From assembly GCA_046331705.1 (NCBI GenBank), contig JAXLQJ010000018.1, positions 1-64,000 on the forward strand: DNA of 64,000 nucleotides. The letters run 5' to 3'. The translations under genes were made by a program, and so were the position numbers. The stretch is from a bacterium. GTDB taxonomy: Bacteria; JADJOY01. Positions 47,947-57,667 of the stretch are shown here, piece after piece. The notes under the pieces are model-generated. The model was not told the DNA's origin. It did no database searches and saw only the letters and a list, made by a program, of their open reading frames with translations. Position 1 is the first letter of the stretch; the number at the start of each line of letters is the position of its first letter.

Positions 47947-48972
47947 TTGCTCGGCACCCTCGCGCTCGCCGCGACGGTGGTCTCGATGGCGCTCGCGCTC
48001 GAGGTCGCGCTGCGCGCACGCGCGGCCCACGAGCGCGCCGCCGGCTCGGTGCCAGCCGACCTCGCACCGCGCGGGCTCTACCGCGAGAGCGCCGATCCGG
48101 CGTTGCGTTACGAGCTCATCCCCGAGGCGCGGGTCGTGGCGGAAACGGGTGCGCGCATCGAGATCAACGGCGCCGGCTTTCGGGGTCCCCTCCCGGCCGT
48201 ACCCAAGCCGCGCGGCACGCGACGCGTGATCGTCCTCGGCGACTCGGAGGTCTTCGGCGCCAAGCTCGGCGAGGCCGACACCCTACCCGCCCAGCTCGAG
48301 CGCGCGCTGAACGCGCGGCGCGGCGCGGGCTGGGACGTCCTGAACTTCGGCGTCGAGGGCTACGACACGCTCCAGGAGACGCGATTCTTCGAGACCCGCG
48401 GCGTGGCGCTCGAGCCGGACGTGGTGGTGCTCTACTTCGTGTCGAACGACGTGCTACCGCCCGAGCTGGTGCGCGTGGCCGATGGCTGGGATCGTTCGTT
48501 CCTCGTGCGCTGGGGCCGCGATCTGGTGCTGATGCAGCGCGCGCGCCGATTGCTCGGAACGGGCAACGACTACCGCGACTACGTGCGGCACGCGTACGAT
48601 CCCGGCTCGCGCGTGTGGCTCCTCGGCCGCGAGCGCGTGCGGGCGCTCGCGGAGCGCGTCGCCGCTGCGCACGCGCGGTTCCTGGTGGTGGTCGCACCCG
48701 AGATCTTCGGCATCGAGCGCCGCGAGGAGCTGCTCGACACTCCGTACCGAGCGTTCCATCGCGCGCTCGCGCGCCTGGCCGAGGACGGGATCGAGGTCGT
48801 CGATCCGCTGCCGGCGCTGGTGGATTGCGCCGCGCGGCCCACCGACCTCTGGGTCACGCCCACGGACCACCACAAGAACGGACGTGCCAATCGGTGCATC
48901 GCCGAGCAGGTGGTGACCGCCGGCGCGCTCGCGATGGACACGACGGACGCGGCTCACACGGAGGGGCCGTGA
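47947..48972 (+). CDS. SGNH/GDSL hydrolase, membrane-anchored
   Basis: INGAGFRG, LGDSEVFG, NFGVEGY, PDVVVL..ND, DHH; start uncertain. Confidence 0.88.
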   Translation: MLGTLALAATVVSMALALEVALRARAAHERAAGSVPADLAPRGLYRESADPALRYELIPEARVVAETGARIEINGAGFRGPLPAVPKPRGTRRVIVLGDSEVFGAKLGEADTLPAQLERALNARRGAGWDVLNFGVEGYDTLQETRFFETRGVALEPDVVVLYFVSNDVLPPELVRVADGWDRSFLVRWGRDLVLMQRARRLLGTGNDYRDYVRHAYDPGSRVWLLGRERVRALAERVAAAHARFLVVVAPEIFGIERREELLDTPYRAFHRALARLAEDGIEVVDPLPALVDCAARPTDLWVTPTDHHKNGRANRCIAEQVVTAGALAMDTTDAAHTEGP

Positions 48973-49373
48973 GGGCTGAGCGCGCGCACCCATTCGAGCG
49001 AGCCTTCGGGCGAGGAGCGCGCCAACCAGCGCAGCGCCGCGAGAAACGCCGGCTCGGGCTCCACCCGAAGGCGGCCCGCGAGCCAGAGCTGCCAAGCGCG
49101 CGCGACGGGGTCGGCATCCGCACCGAGCCCGGCGGGCGGCACCGCCGCGGGATCGAGGACGATGCTGGCGCTCGCGGCGGGTCCGGCGAGCGCCAGCGTG
49201 GCGCGCTCGTAGCCTGCGGCCGCGAACCCCGCCGCGGCGAGCCAGAGCGCCGTGCACGCGCCGAGCGCCGTCACGAACGCTTGCAACGTCGAGCGCGAGC
49301 AAGCGAACGCGAGCGCAGCGCACGACACGCTCGCGAGCCCGTAGACGCCGATCGACGCCAGCAGCGCGTTCAC
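48954..49373 (-). CDS. Hypothetical membrane protein
   Basis: Two hydrophobic N-terminal segments; fills an otherwise empty gap but sits only ~38 nt from the divergent gene. Confidence 0.45.
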   Translation of the reverse strand: MNALLASIGVYGLASVSCAALAFACSRSTLQAFVTALGACTALWLAAAGFAAAGYERATLALAGPAASASIVLDPAAVPPAGLGADADPVARAWQLWLAGRLRVEPEPAFLAALRWLARSSPEGSLEWVRALSPHGPSV

Positions 49374-49411
49374 CCGATCACCTCGTGGTCCCCGCCTCGC
49401 GGCCAGCTTGC

Positions 49412-51118
49412 ATGAGCTCACCGCCGCACACCAACCCAACGCCGTGGGCCGAGACGGACGAGCGCCGCGCGCAGCTCTCGCTGGCGCTCGCGATGATCGC
49501 GTTCGCGCTGGGCACGGGGCTCGGTCTCGGTCAGCTCGGTGTCGTGACCTTCGACGGCCTGCTCGAATACATCCGCGACGCGCGGGTCCTCTCGGAGCAG
49601 GGACTCGGTGCCTATCGTCACGCCGTCCATCCGATCGGGTACCCGAGTCTCCTGGCGGCGCTGCGCCACGCGACCCCCTCGCTCTTCGCTGCGTCCCGGC
49701 TGGCGTCGTGGATCGCCGGGCTGGCGGTGCTGCCGCTCTACACGCTGCTGGTGCGACGCGCGCTCGGCCCGCGCGCCGCCGCGTGGGCGCCGTGGCTCGC
49801 CATCGCCGGCTCGGCGCTGGTCGCGCACACGCTCGAGCCGTCGAGCACGCTGCCCGCCGCCGCGCTCCAGCTCGCCTCGATCGTGACGCTGGCCGAGAAT
49901 CCCGAGCGCAGGTCGCGGCTCGTCGCGGCCGGCATCCTGGTGGGACTCGCGTGGCTGGTGCGCTACCCGAGCATCCTGGTGTTCGGCGCCACGGCGACCT
50001 GGCTGGTGATCCGAGGCTGGCGCGAGCCGCGCCGCCTGCTGGCGGATCTCGCGGCCTACACCGTGCCGTTCGTGTGCGTCGCGAGCCCCCAATGGGTGCT
50101 GAATCTCAGCCACGGGCTCGATCCGTTCATCGCCGACAACGCGGGCTACATCCTGCGCGCCGAGCGCGGCCATTTCGCCCACGATCAGACGATCGTCAGC
50201 ATGCTGCTGCTGGAAGGCGGACGCGCGGCGCGCTTCTGGGCCAAGAACCTGTCGCTCTTCGTGCTCTTCAACGCGCCCTTGCTGGCGGCCATGGCCTGGC
50301 TGTGGCGCGCCCGCCGCACCACCACCCTCGGCTATCTCGGGACGGTGGTGGTGCTGCAGCAGCTGGTGCTGGCGCTCACCAACTTCAATCCCAAGTTCTA
50401 CCTGCTCGATCGCTGGCTGCTGCTCGCGTTCCTGCTCGGCGCGCTCGGCGCGCTGGCGCCACGGCTGCGCGCGGCGTGGAGCCCGCGCGACGCGGCGCCC
50501 GGGCGAGCGGGACGCGCGGCGCGCGTGCTCGTCGCGGGTCTGGCGGCCGCAGCGCTGGCCCCGGCGCTCGCCGCCTACCTGGTCTTCCGGGTGATCGAGA
50601 TCCACTCGCTGCTGGGCGTGGACGAGATCGGCGAGACCCACCGCGCGCTCACCCAGTCGCTCTACGACCGCGGCTATCGCGGCTCGAGCGAGATCCTGGG
50701 ATGCAGCAACGTCCATTACGACCTGCGCTTGCTCGACCGCGACGAGGTCGCCTACTACCGAGACGCGGCGGTGGGGTTGCCTGAGATCCCGCGCTTCGCG
50801 AGCCCGGCAGCGTTCGTCGACTTCCTGCACGAGCACGGCTTTCGCTTCGTGCTCTACGACGAAGAGGATCGCGGGCCCTGCCCCGACCTCGGATTTCTCT
50901 TCGTGCCCGAGCGCCTCCCCGCTACGCTCGAGCCCGTGTGGATCGACGACTTCTACAACCAGACCGATCGCGTCGCGCTCTACGCGGTGAGCGACGGCCC
51001 ATCGCCAGCCACGCTCACGGATGCCGAGAAGCGCGCGCGCTGGCAACGGGTGCGCAGGCCGTCGCTCAAGGGCGTGCTCGACGACTGGGCGCGGCGCTCG
51101 GCGGGGGAGATCCGATGA
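49412..51118 (+). CDS. GT-C glycosyltransferase (ArnT/PMT, family 39-like)
   Basis: FDG..Y, HPIGYPSLLA, GILVGLAWLVRY, multiple TM helices, soluble C-terminal domain. Confidence 0.8.
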   Translation: MSSPPHTNPTPWAETDERRAQLSLALAMIAFALGTGLGLGQLGVVTFDGLLEYIRDARVLSEQGLGAYRHAVHPIGYPSLLAALRHATPSLFAASRLASWIAGLAVLPLYTLLVRRALGPRAAAWAPWLAIAGSALVAHTLEPSSTLPAAALQLASIVTLAENPERRSRLVAAGILVGLAWLVRYPSILVFGATATWLVIRGWREPRRLLADLAAYTVPFVCVASPQWVLNLSHGLDPFIADNAGYILRAERGHFAHDQTIVSMLLLEGGRAARFWAKNLSLFVLFNAPLLAAMAWLWRARRTTTLGYLGTVVVLQQLVLALTNFNPKFYLLDRWLLLAFLLGALGALAPRLRAAWSPRDAAPGRAGRAARVLVAGLAAAALAPALAAYLVFRVIEIHSLLGVDEIGETHRALTQSLYDRGYRGSSEILGCSNVHYDLRLLDRDEVAYYRDAAVGLPEIPRFASPAAFVDFLHEHGFRFVLYDEEDRGPCPDLGFLFVPERLPATLEPVWIDDFYNQTDRVALYAVSDGPSPATLTDAEKRARWQRVRRPSLKGVLDDWARRSAGEIR

Positions 51119-52197
51119 CGGCGATCGCGCGAGCGAGTCGGCGGCGATGGGCAAGCCTCGCCACGGGTGTGGCGCTCCTCGGAGCGCTCGCGATGCTCTC
51201 GACTGGCGCGCGTGCCGACGAGCTTCACCGCTGGGTCGACGCGAACGGCCAGGTGCACATCAGCGACTCGCCGGCGCCCGCGGCGCGCGGCGCACCGGCG
51301 GCGACCGGCTCGGGGCCGTCCCCGGCGGCCCCGAGCGAAGCCGTCCCCGGTCGATTCCGCGAAGGCCTGCTGTGGCGTGTCGAGCCACGCGCCGTTCCCG
51401 GCGCCCCGATCGCCCCGAGCTACGTGTTCGGGACCATGCATTCCAGCGATCCCCGGGTGCGCGCCGTCGCCGAGACCATCGAGCCCGCGTTCCGCGACGC
51501 CAAGGCGTTCTGCGCCGAGGCGAGCTTCGACGGCGCCGCGATGCTCACCGTCACCGAGCGCATGTTCGCCGGCGAAGGGCGCAGCCTCGATCAGATCCTC
51601 GGCCGCGAGCTCTTCGACCGCATCGTTCCACTCCTCGAGGCGCGCGGCCTGCCGGGCGGGTTCGTGCCGATGCTGCGCCCCTGGGTGGTGCTGCTCACGC
51701 TGAGCGTACCGGCGTCGGCGGCCACCACCGACGCGTCGTCGATCCTCGACCTCGAGCTGATGAACCGCGCACAGAGCACCGGCAAGACGGTCTGCGGCGT
51801 GGAGACGCTCGACGAGCAGGTCGATGCCATCGAGGCGATCCCGGAGCGCGAGCTGGTCGCGCACATCCGCGCCGCCGCCGACGCGGCGGCGTCCCTCGAC
51901 GAGACCTACGCCCAGGCGATCGAGCTCTACGTGAAGCAGGACCTCGCGGGGCTCGCGTCGCTCGACGCCGGCTCGGCGTCGGGCGGCACCGAGAGCCGCC
52001 GCCTCGCGGCCAAGCTCACCCGCCGCCTCCTCGACGATCGCAACGTGCGCATGGCGGCGCGGATCGCCGACTACGTCCAGCGCGGCGGCGCCTTCGTGGC
52101 CATCGGCGCCGGGCACCTCGCCGGCGAGCGCGGCGTGCTCGCCTTGCTCGAGAAGCGCGGATTCGTCGTCGAGCGGGTGGCGCCGAGCACGCCGTGA
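51115..52197 (+). CDS. TraB/GumN family protein with N-terminal DUF4124-like domain
   Basis: Signal peptide; LHRWVDANGQVHISDSP; LLWRV, SYVFGTMH, ET..EQ, RNVRM, AIGAGHL; ATGA overlap. Confidence 0.92.
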   Translation: MTAIARASRRRWASLATGVALLGALAMLSTGARADELHRWVDANGQVHISDSPAPAARGAPAATGSGPSPAAPSEAVPGRFREGLLWRVEPRAVPGAPIAPSYVFGTMHSSDPRVRAVAETIEPAFRDAKAFCAEASFDGAAMLTVTERMFAGEGRSLDQILGRELFDRIVPLLEARGLPGGFVPMLRPWVVLLTLSVPASAATTDASSILDLELMNRAQSTGKTVCGVETLDEQVDAIEAIPERELVAHIRAAADAAASLDETYAQAIELYVKQDLAGLASLDAGSASGGTESRRLAAKLTRRLLDDRNVRMAARIADYVQRGGAFVAIGAGHLAGERGVLALLEKRGFVVERVAPSTP

Positions 52198-52263
52198 GCG
52201 CGCGCCGCGCGGGCACGCGCCCGAGCCGGGATCGCGCTCGGCGAGGGCCTCGGGACTCGCAGA

Positions 52264-53952
52264 TCAGGCGGACGTGGTGGGCAACCCGAGCCGCTTGAAG
52301 AGGCTCGTGAAGTCGTCGTCCTCGATCGGCTTCTTCAGGAACTCGCCGCCGCGCGGGATGAGCTTGGCGAGATCCCGGTCCGCGGAGCGATCGGAGAGCA
52401 GCACGATCGGCGTGATCGCCGTGCGCGGGAACGAGCGCAAGATCTGGCTCGCCTCGAGACCGCTGATCTTCGGCATGTAGACGTTCACGAAGATCACGTC
52501 GGTGCCGCGCCCGAGCGCCGCCTCGACCAGGCCGTAGCCATCGGTGACGCGCACCACGTCGAGCCCGTAGCGATCGAGGATCTCGCTCACGATGCGCGCT
52601 TCCTCGGCGTCGGGCTCGCCGAGGATGGCGCGCTTGCGCTGCACCTCGGTGGGCTCCTTGTGGTGGTGGCGCTCGCGCGCGCGCTGCAGGTCCTCGCGCA
52701 GCGCGGCGGCGTCGCGGTAGCGCTCGCCGGGAGTCTTGGCGAGGCATTTGAGGACGATCCCCTCGACGTAGGCGCTCACGCCGGCGTTGAGGGTGCGCAG
52801 CGGCCGCGGCCGCTCCATCAGGTGCTTCTGCGCCGTCGCGACGAGGTTCTTGCCCTCGAACGGCACGGTGCCGGTGAGCATCTCGTAGAGCACGCAGCCG
52901 AACGAGTAGACGTCGGTGGCGGGCACCAGCGTCTTGTCCTCGAATTGCTCGGGGGCCATGTACGCGGGCGTGCCGAGCAGCATGCCGTCGTGGGTGATGC
53001 GGATGTCCTCGGGCCGGCGCGCCAGGCCGAAGTCGAGGACGATCGCCTTGCCTTCCGGCGTCACCATGAGGTTCGAGCTCTTGATGTCGCGGTGCACGAT
53101 GCCGGTGCGGTGGCAGGCCGCGAGGCCGTCGGCGGCTTGCTCGGCGATGTCGAGGGCCTCGTCCTCGCTGAGCAGCCCGCGCTCCTGGATGATCTCCGAG
53201 AGCGGCACGCCCGGCACGTATTCCATCGCCAGGAACGCGCGCTCTCCCATGCGCCCGATCTCGTAGATGGTGGCGACGTGCTGGTTCTTGATCTGGCGCG
53301 AGAGCCGGATCTCGTGGCGCAATCGCTGCGTCCAGCTCTCGTCGTCCGACCACTCGAACTTGAGCACCTTGAGGGCGACGATCTCGCCCAGCTCCTTGTC
53401 GTAGGCCTTGAAGACGTCGGCGGTGCCGCCCCGGCCGATGCGATCGATGAGCTCGTAGCGGCTGTTCCTCCCCACCGCCTCGCGTCGCGGCTTGGTGGCG
53501 CCATCGCTCGGCGGGGCGATCTCCTCGGTGGGCGCGTCGTCGGAGTTGAGATCGGCCTCGATCTCCGCCTGACGCTCGACCGCGCGCTGGGCCTGACGCT
53601 CGAAGACCGCCAGCCGCACGCTCAACAGACCCATGTCGATGGGCTTGGTGAGGTAATCGTCGGCGCCAGCCTCCAGCACGCGCTGCACGGCATCGTGCTG
53701 GTTCTGGTGGGTGCACACCACGATCGTGGCGCCCGCCCCGTGGGGCGAGCGACGCAGCCGGCGACACACCTCGAGGCCGTCGAGGTCGTTGAGCTCGGCG
53801 TCCAGCACCACCAGCGCGAAATGCCCCATCGAGAACGATGCGATCGCCGAGGTGCCGTCGACGACGGTCGTCACCTCGTGGCCGCGCGCGCGCAGCACGG
53901 CCTGCATGAGCGCGCGCAGCGCCTCGTCGGCCTCGACCAGCAGCGTCTTCAT
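52264..53952 (-). CDS. Receiver-Ser/Thr kinase-pseudoreceiver protein
   Basis: REC1 LVVLD...GADDYLTKP; kinase IGRGGTA, VALK, HRDIKSSN, DFG, APE; REC2 DVIFVN..MP..G..KKP. Confidence 0.93.
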   Translation of the reverse strand: MKTLLVEADEALRALMQAVLRARGHEVTTVVDGTSAIASFSMGHFALVVLDAELNDLDGLEVCRRLRRSPHGAGATIVVCTHQNQHDAVQRVLEAGADDYLTKPIDMGLLSVRLAVFERQAQRAVERQAEIEADLNSDDAPTEEIAPPSDGATKPRREAVGRNSRYELIDRIGRGGTADVFKAYDKELGEIVALKVLKFEWSDDESWTQRLRHEIRLSRQIKNQHVATIYEIGRMGERAFLAMEYVPGVPLSEIIQERGLLSEDEALDIAEQAADGLAACHRTGIVHRDIKSSNLMVTPEGKAIVLDFGLARRPEDIRITHDGMLLGTPAYMAPEQFEDKTLVPATDVYSFGCVLYEMLTGTVPFEGKNLVATAQKHLMERPRPLRTLNAGVSAYVEGIVLKCLAKTPGERYRDAAALREDLQRARERHHHKEPTEVQRKRAILGEPDAEEARIVSEILDRYGLDVVRVTDGYGLVEAALGRGTDVIFVNVYMPKISGLEASQILRSFPRTAITPIVLLSDRSADRDLAKLIPRGGEFLKKPIEDDDFTSLFKRLGLPTTSA

Positions 53953-54010
53953 GGCTCGATCATCGCGGTGATCGCCGTGGGTCCGACGCCGTCGGGTCGC
54001 CGGATCACGC

Positions 54011-55198
54011 TCACCTCGTGGGCCCGAGCACGAACACCGTGGACACGCTACCCGGTCCGCCGAGGGTGTGCGCCAGCCCGAGGTCCGCCTTCGGCACCTG
54101 CATCTTGCCTGCGCGGCCACGCACCTGATCGGCGATCTGGTTGATCATGCGCACGCCCGAGGCACCGATCGGATGGCCGCAGCTCTTGAGGCCGCCGCCG
54201 GTGTTCACCGGCAGGCGTCCGCCCAGCTTGGTGACGTTGTCGTGGACCAGCTCCCAGCCGCGGCCGCGCGGCGCGAGACCGAGGTCCTCGTAGTTGAGGA
54301 TCTCGGTGATCGTGAAGCAGTCGTGGCACTCGACCACGTCGAAGGCGCTGGCGGGATCGTCCACGCCGGCATCGGCGTACGCGGCGGCGGCCGCCGCGCG
54401 GGTCGCGTCGAACCCCAGGAAATCCCAGTCGGGCTTCATCTGCGCGCCGTAATAGCCGTTCGCCACGGCGAGGCCGATGCCGCGGATCGAGACCGGGTCC
54501 TTCACGTAGTCGCGAGCGCGATCGGCGCGGGCGAGAATCACCGCGGCGGCGCCGTCGGTGGTGGGGCAGCAATCGTAGAGCCGCAGGGGCTCGGCCACCG
54601 GGGCGGCCTTGCGCGCCGCCTCGGCGGTGATGGCCTTGCGGAAATGCGCCTTGGGATTGAGCGCGCCGTGCTCGTGGTTCTTGACCGCGACCTGGTCGAG
54701 CGTCCCCTCGTCGAGGCGATGCTGGTCGAGGTAGCGCGTCGCGAGCAGCGCGAACATGCCCGGCGCCGTGCGTCCCTTGCAGAGCAGCGGGTGCCCGCGC
54801 TCGACGTGCTGCGCCACCAGGCTGCCGCGCGAGGGCACGTCGCGCATCTTCTCGACGCCCACCGCGAGCGCCACGTCGAACGCACCCGAGGCCACCGCGA
54901 AGGCGGCGTTGCGCACCGCTTCCATGCCGGTGCAACAGAGATTCGAGACCCGCGTGACGGGGATGGGATAGAGGTGCAGCGCTTCGGCGACGCTGGTGCC
55001 CGAGGCCCCCTCGTAGCCCCACGCCATGGGCAGGTAGGTGCCGAGCCAGGCGGCCTGGACGTCGCGCAGCTCGATTCCCGCGTCCGCGACCGCCAGCGTC
55101 GTGGCCTCGGCCAGCATGTCGGTGAGGCTCTGGTGGAAGTTCTCGCCGAAGCGGATCGTGCCGCTGCCGATGATCGCCACGCGCCCGCCGATTCCCAT
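54011..55198 (-). CDS. Thiolase (acetyl-CoA acetyltransferase, SCP2/archaeal type)
   Basis: VSNLCCTG (nucleophile), GVEKM, KNH, HDCF, GHPIGASG, HTLGG. Confidence 0.95.
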   Translation of the reverse strand: MGIGGRVAIIGSGTIRFGENFHQSLTDMLAEATTLAVADAGIELRDVQAAWLGTYLPMAWGYEGASGTSVAEALHLYPIPVTRVSNLCCTGMEAVRNAAFAVASGAFDVALAVGVEKMRDVPSRGSLVAQHVERGHPLLCKGRTAPGMFALLATRYLDQHRLDEGTLDQVAVKNHEHGALNPKAHFRKAITAEAARKAAPVAEPLRLYDCCPTTDGAAAVILARADRARDYVKDPVSIRGIGLAVANGYYGAQMKPDWDFLGFDATRAAAAAAYADAGVDDPASAFDVVECHDCFTITEILNYEDLGLAPRGRGWELVHDNVTKLGGRLPVNTGGGLKSCGHPIGASGVRMINQIADQVRGRAGKMQVPKADLGLAHTLGGPGSVSTVFVLGPTR

Positions 55199-55214
55199 CC
55201 GTCTCCTCGCTGGC

Positions 55215-56618
55215 TCAGGCCGTGACCGGACGCAGCTTCCAGCCGTAGTTCGGAAAGCCGCCGCCTTCGTGGATACGACGGAAGGTGAGCGCCACGCGCT
55301 GGCCGATGGCGACGCGAGAGCGATCCGCGTCCACCAGCTCGGCGTAGTAGCGCCCGCCGCCGTCGAGATCCGCGGCCACCATGATCGTGGGCGGATCGGG
55401 ATTCGGCACCAGGTGATCCGCGGTGAAGGTCACGATGGCGCCCGTCCGAGCCAACGCCACCTCGCCGAACTCGCGCCCGTCGCACGCGTGACAGACCGGC
55501 TTGGGCGGCAGCTCGATCGCGCCGCACGAGCGGCAGCGCGAGCCACGCCAGCGCACCAGCGCGCGCTCGTCGCGGGCGAGCACCGCCGGTGAGGTCCACG
55601 GATCGATGCGCTCGCCCTCGAGCCAGCCCTTGATCCGCAGGTATTGCGGATAGCGCGGGATCGCCCGCGACGGCGCCAGCGCCGCCGCCAGCCGCGCGGC
55701 GAGCGTGGGCGCTTCCTCGCCGGCGCGCACCAGCAGCGCCTCGGCGCCGGCCGATGCGCCGAGCACCAGCAACCAATCCCCCGGCTGACAGGCGGCCAGG
55801 CCGCGACCGAGCGCCAGCGCGAACGCGGCGGCGCCCCACGCGCCCACGGCATCGAGGGTGGCGTCGGGGACGATTCGATCGACCGGCACGCCCAGGCTCT
55901 TGCGCAGCGCTGGATCCGTGGCGCGATCGGGTGCGGCCAGCGCGAAGCGCACGTGCTGGGCGTCCAGCTGGTGCGCCGCGAGCACCCGCTTCGCGAGCGC
56001 CCGCATCGCCGCGGGCGAGCCGTGCTCCTGCGCGAACGGTCGATCGGCCTCGCCGGTGACGCGCTCGCCGCGGCGTCGCCAACGCTCGCGCGTGCCGCTC
56101 ACCAGCGACGCGTGAGCGACCACCTCGCCCAGCCGCGGCTCAGCGCCGAGAACGATCGCCACCCCGCCGTCCCCGAGCTGGCCTTCGTTGGCGCCGCCGG
56201 GCGCGGGGCTCTGCACCTCGGCCACGGCGACCAGCGCGCGCCCGCCGCGGCCGCGCACCGCATCGCATCCAGCACGCAGCGCCTGGGCACCCGAGCCCAG
56301 CGAGCCGGCGATCTCCGTCACCTCGACGGCCTCGACAGCGTCACACGCCACCGCCAGCTGATTGGCGTTGCCGCCGTCCTCGAGCGGCGCCGTGGTGGAC
56401 CCCAGGAATACCCGCACCAGCGCGTCGCTCGGCACCGCGCCGGTATCGAACGCGGCATCCACGGCGAGCGTGACGACGTCTTGATCGGGACCGGCGACCG
56501 CGCGCGTTCCCGCGCCGCCGGAGCCCCAGTTCTCACGCAGGAGCTGCCCCGAAAGCCGGCGGAGGGGGATGGCGAGGCCGAGCGCCTCGATGCCGACCGT
56601 CACGGATGCGCGACTCAT
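55215..56618 (-). CDS. HMG-CoA-synthase-like domain (no catalytic Cys) fused to DUF35 Zn-ribbon/OB-fold
   Basis: RAVAGPDQDVVTLAVDAA, GSTT.P, GDGG.A; C-terminal CRSC..PP..CHAC, TFTAD, FRR..NYGWK. Confidence 0.88.
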   Translation of the reverse strand: MSRASVTVGIEALGLAIPLRRLSGQLLRENWGSGGAGTRAVAGPDQDVVTLAVDAAFDTGAVPSDALVRVFLGSTTAPLEDGGNANQLAVACDAVEAVEVTEIAGSLGSGAQALRAGCDAVRGRGGRALVAVAEVQSPAPGGANEGQLGDGGVAIVLGAEPRLGEVVAHASLVSGTRERWRRRGERVTGEADRPFAQEHGSPAAMRALAKRVLAAHQLDAQHVRFALAAPDRATDPALRKSLGVPVDRIVPDATLDAVGAWGAAAFALALGRGLAACQPGDWLLVLGASAGAEALLVRAGEEAPTLAARLAAALAPSRAIPRYPQYLRIKGWLEGERIDPWTSPAVLARDERALVRWRGSRCRSCGAIELPPKPVCHACDGREFGEVALARTGAIVTFTADHLVPNPDPPTIMVAADLDGGGRYYAELVDADRSRVAIGQRVALTFRRIHEGGGFPNYGWKLRPVTA

Positions 56619-56965
56619 TTTTTCTCGGTGTGCGGGGCGCCGCATCCTACCTTGCGCCAACGCCGATGGCTTCCCGGCTCGTCAGCCGGAGCGGGCGGAG
56701 GGCGAGGCAACGAATCCGCTGAGGGTCGGGTGACGAACCGGGGCCCCCACCGAGGACGCAGGCGGGCAGCGAGCGGCCTCATCGGAGCGGTCGCGCTTGC
56801 CGTCGCTGGCGCGATTCTCGTTCTGCAGAGCACGGCCCTCGCTCGCCGCCACGCCGGAGAAGCGGTGCGAACGACTCCTCGACCGCCGCCTCGGCAGCGC
56901 AGTGTCAGCTCGGCAGGCTCGTCAGCGCATATGCTCGAACCAGCGCCGAACGCCGGCGTTACCGC

Positions 56966-57499
56966 ATGCCGCTCGCCCGCTCGCTCACGATCCCACCGCC
57001 CCCGCCGACACCCGGAGAGTCGCGGTCTCGACGCCGAGCGCGGCGCCGGGGAGCGACGCGCTGGGGTCGCCTGGTGGCGCTCGCGCTGCTCGCATCCGTC
57101 ACGGGCTGCTGGGCACGTCTCTACGCGAGCAAGGTGGCGCGCGCCGCGGCGTGGGAATCCGTCGCGCAGCTGAAACGGCATTTCCACTGGGCGCTCGACG
57201 GACGCCTCGCGACGGAGCAGTTCCAGACCTACGACTTCTTCTTCGTCGGCGGCGGGCAGTGGAAGCTCTGCGTCCTCGATCCGTCCGTCATCGACGAGGT
57301 GATCACGAAGAGTGCCCTCGAGGCTCGTCCCGACCGAACGCTTCCCAGCGCCGAGCGCGAGCGACCGGCGTGGTGGAGCGATCCCTCGAGCAGCACCGGC
57401 CGATACGCGGTGCGCTGCGCGAGCGAGGGGAACTACTGCCGCACACTCTGGTTCGATCCGATCCACCGCGTCGCGTTCCTCGAATGGACCGGCGGCTGA
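56966..57499 (+). CDS. Hypothetical lipoprotein
   Basis: LVALALLASVTGC lipobox; start uncertain. Confidence 0.6.
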   Translation: MPLARSLTIPPPPPTPGESRSRRRARRRGATRWGRLVALALLASVTGCWARLYASKVARAAAWESVAQLKRHFHWALDGRLATEQFQTYDFFFVGGGQWKLCVLDPSVIDEVITKSALEARPDRTLPSAERERPAWWSDPSSSTGRYAVRCASEGNYCRTLWFDPIHRVAFLEWTGG

Positions 57500-57667
57500 A
57501 GCGCGGCTGGCCGTCGCGCCGGCGCCGAGGGCGACGAGCGGGATGGCGGCTGCTCCCGACTCGCGGTGGCCGCTGGAAACCAGTGCTGCGCTCGCGACCC
57601 GTCGCGAGACTGGTCCCCCGCACCGTCGCCTGGTAGACCACGACCCATCGCGTCCTTCGGGGGTTCG

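Noticed and set aside
56729-57173. Possible small exported protein (VTNRGPHRGRRRAASGLIGAVALAVAGAIL...)
   Set aside because: The signal-like stretch is followed by non-coding-like composition and overlaps the 56966 lipoprotein ORF; at best a gene remnant
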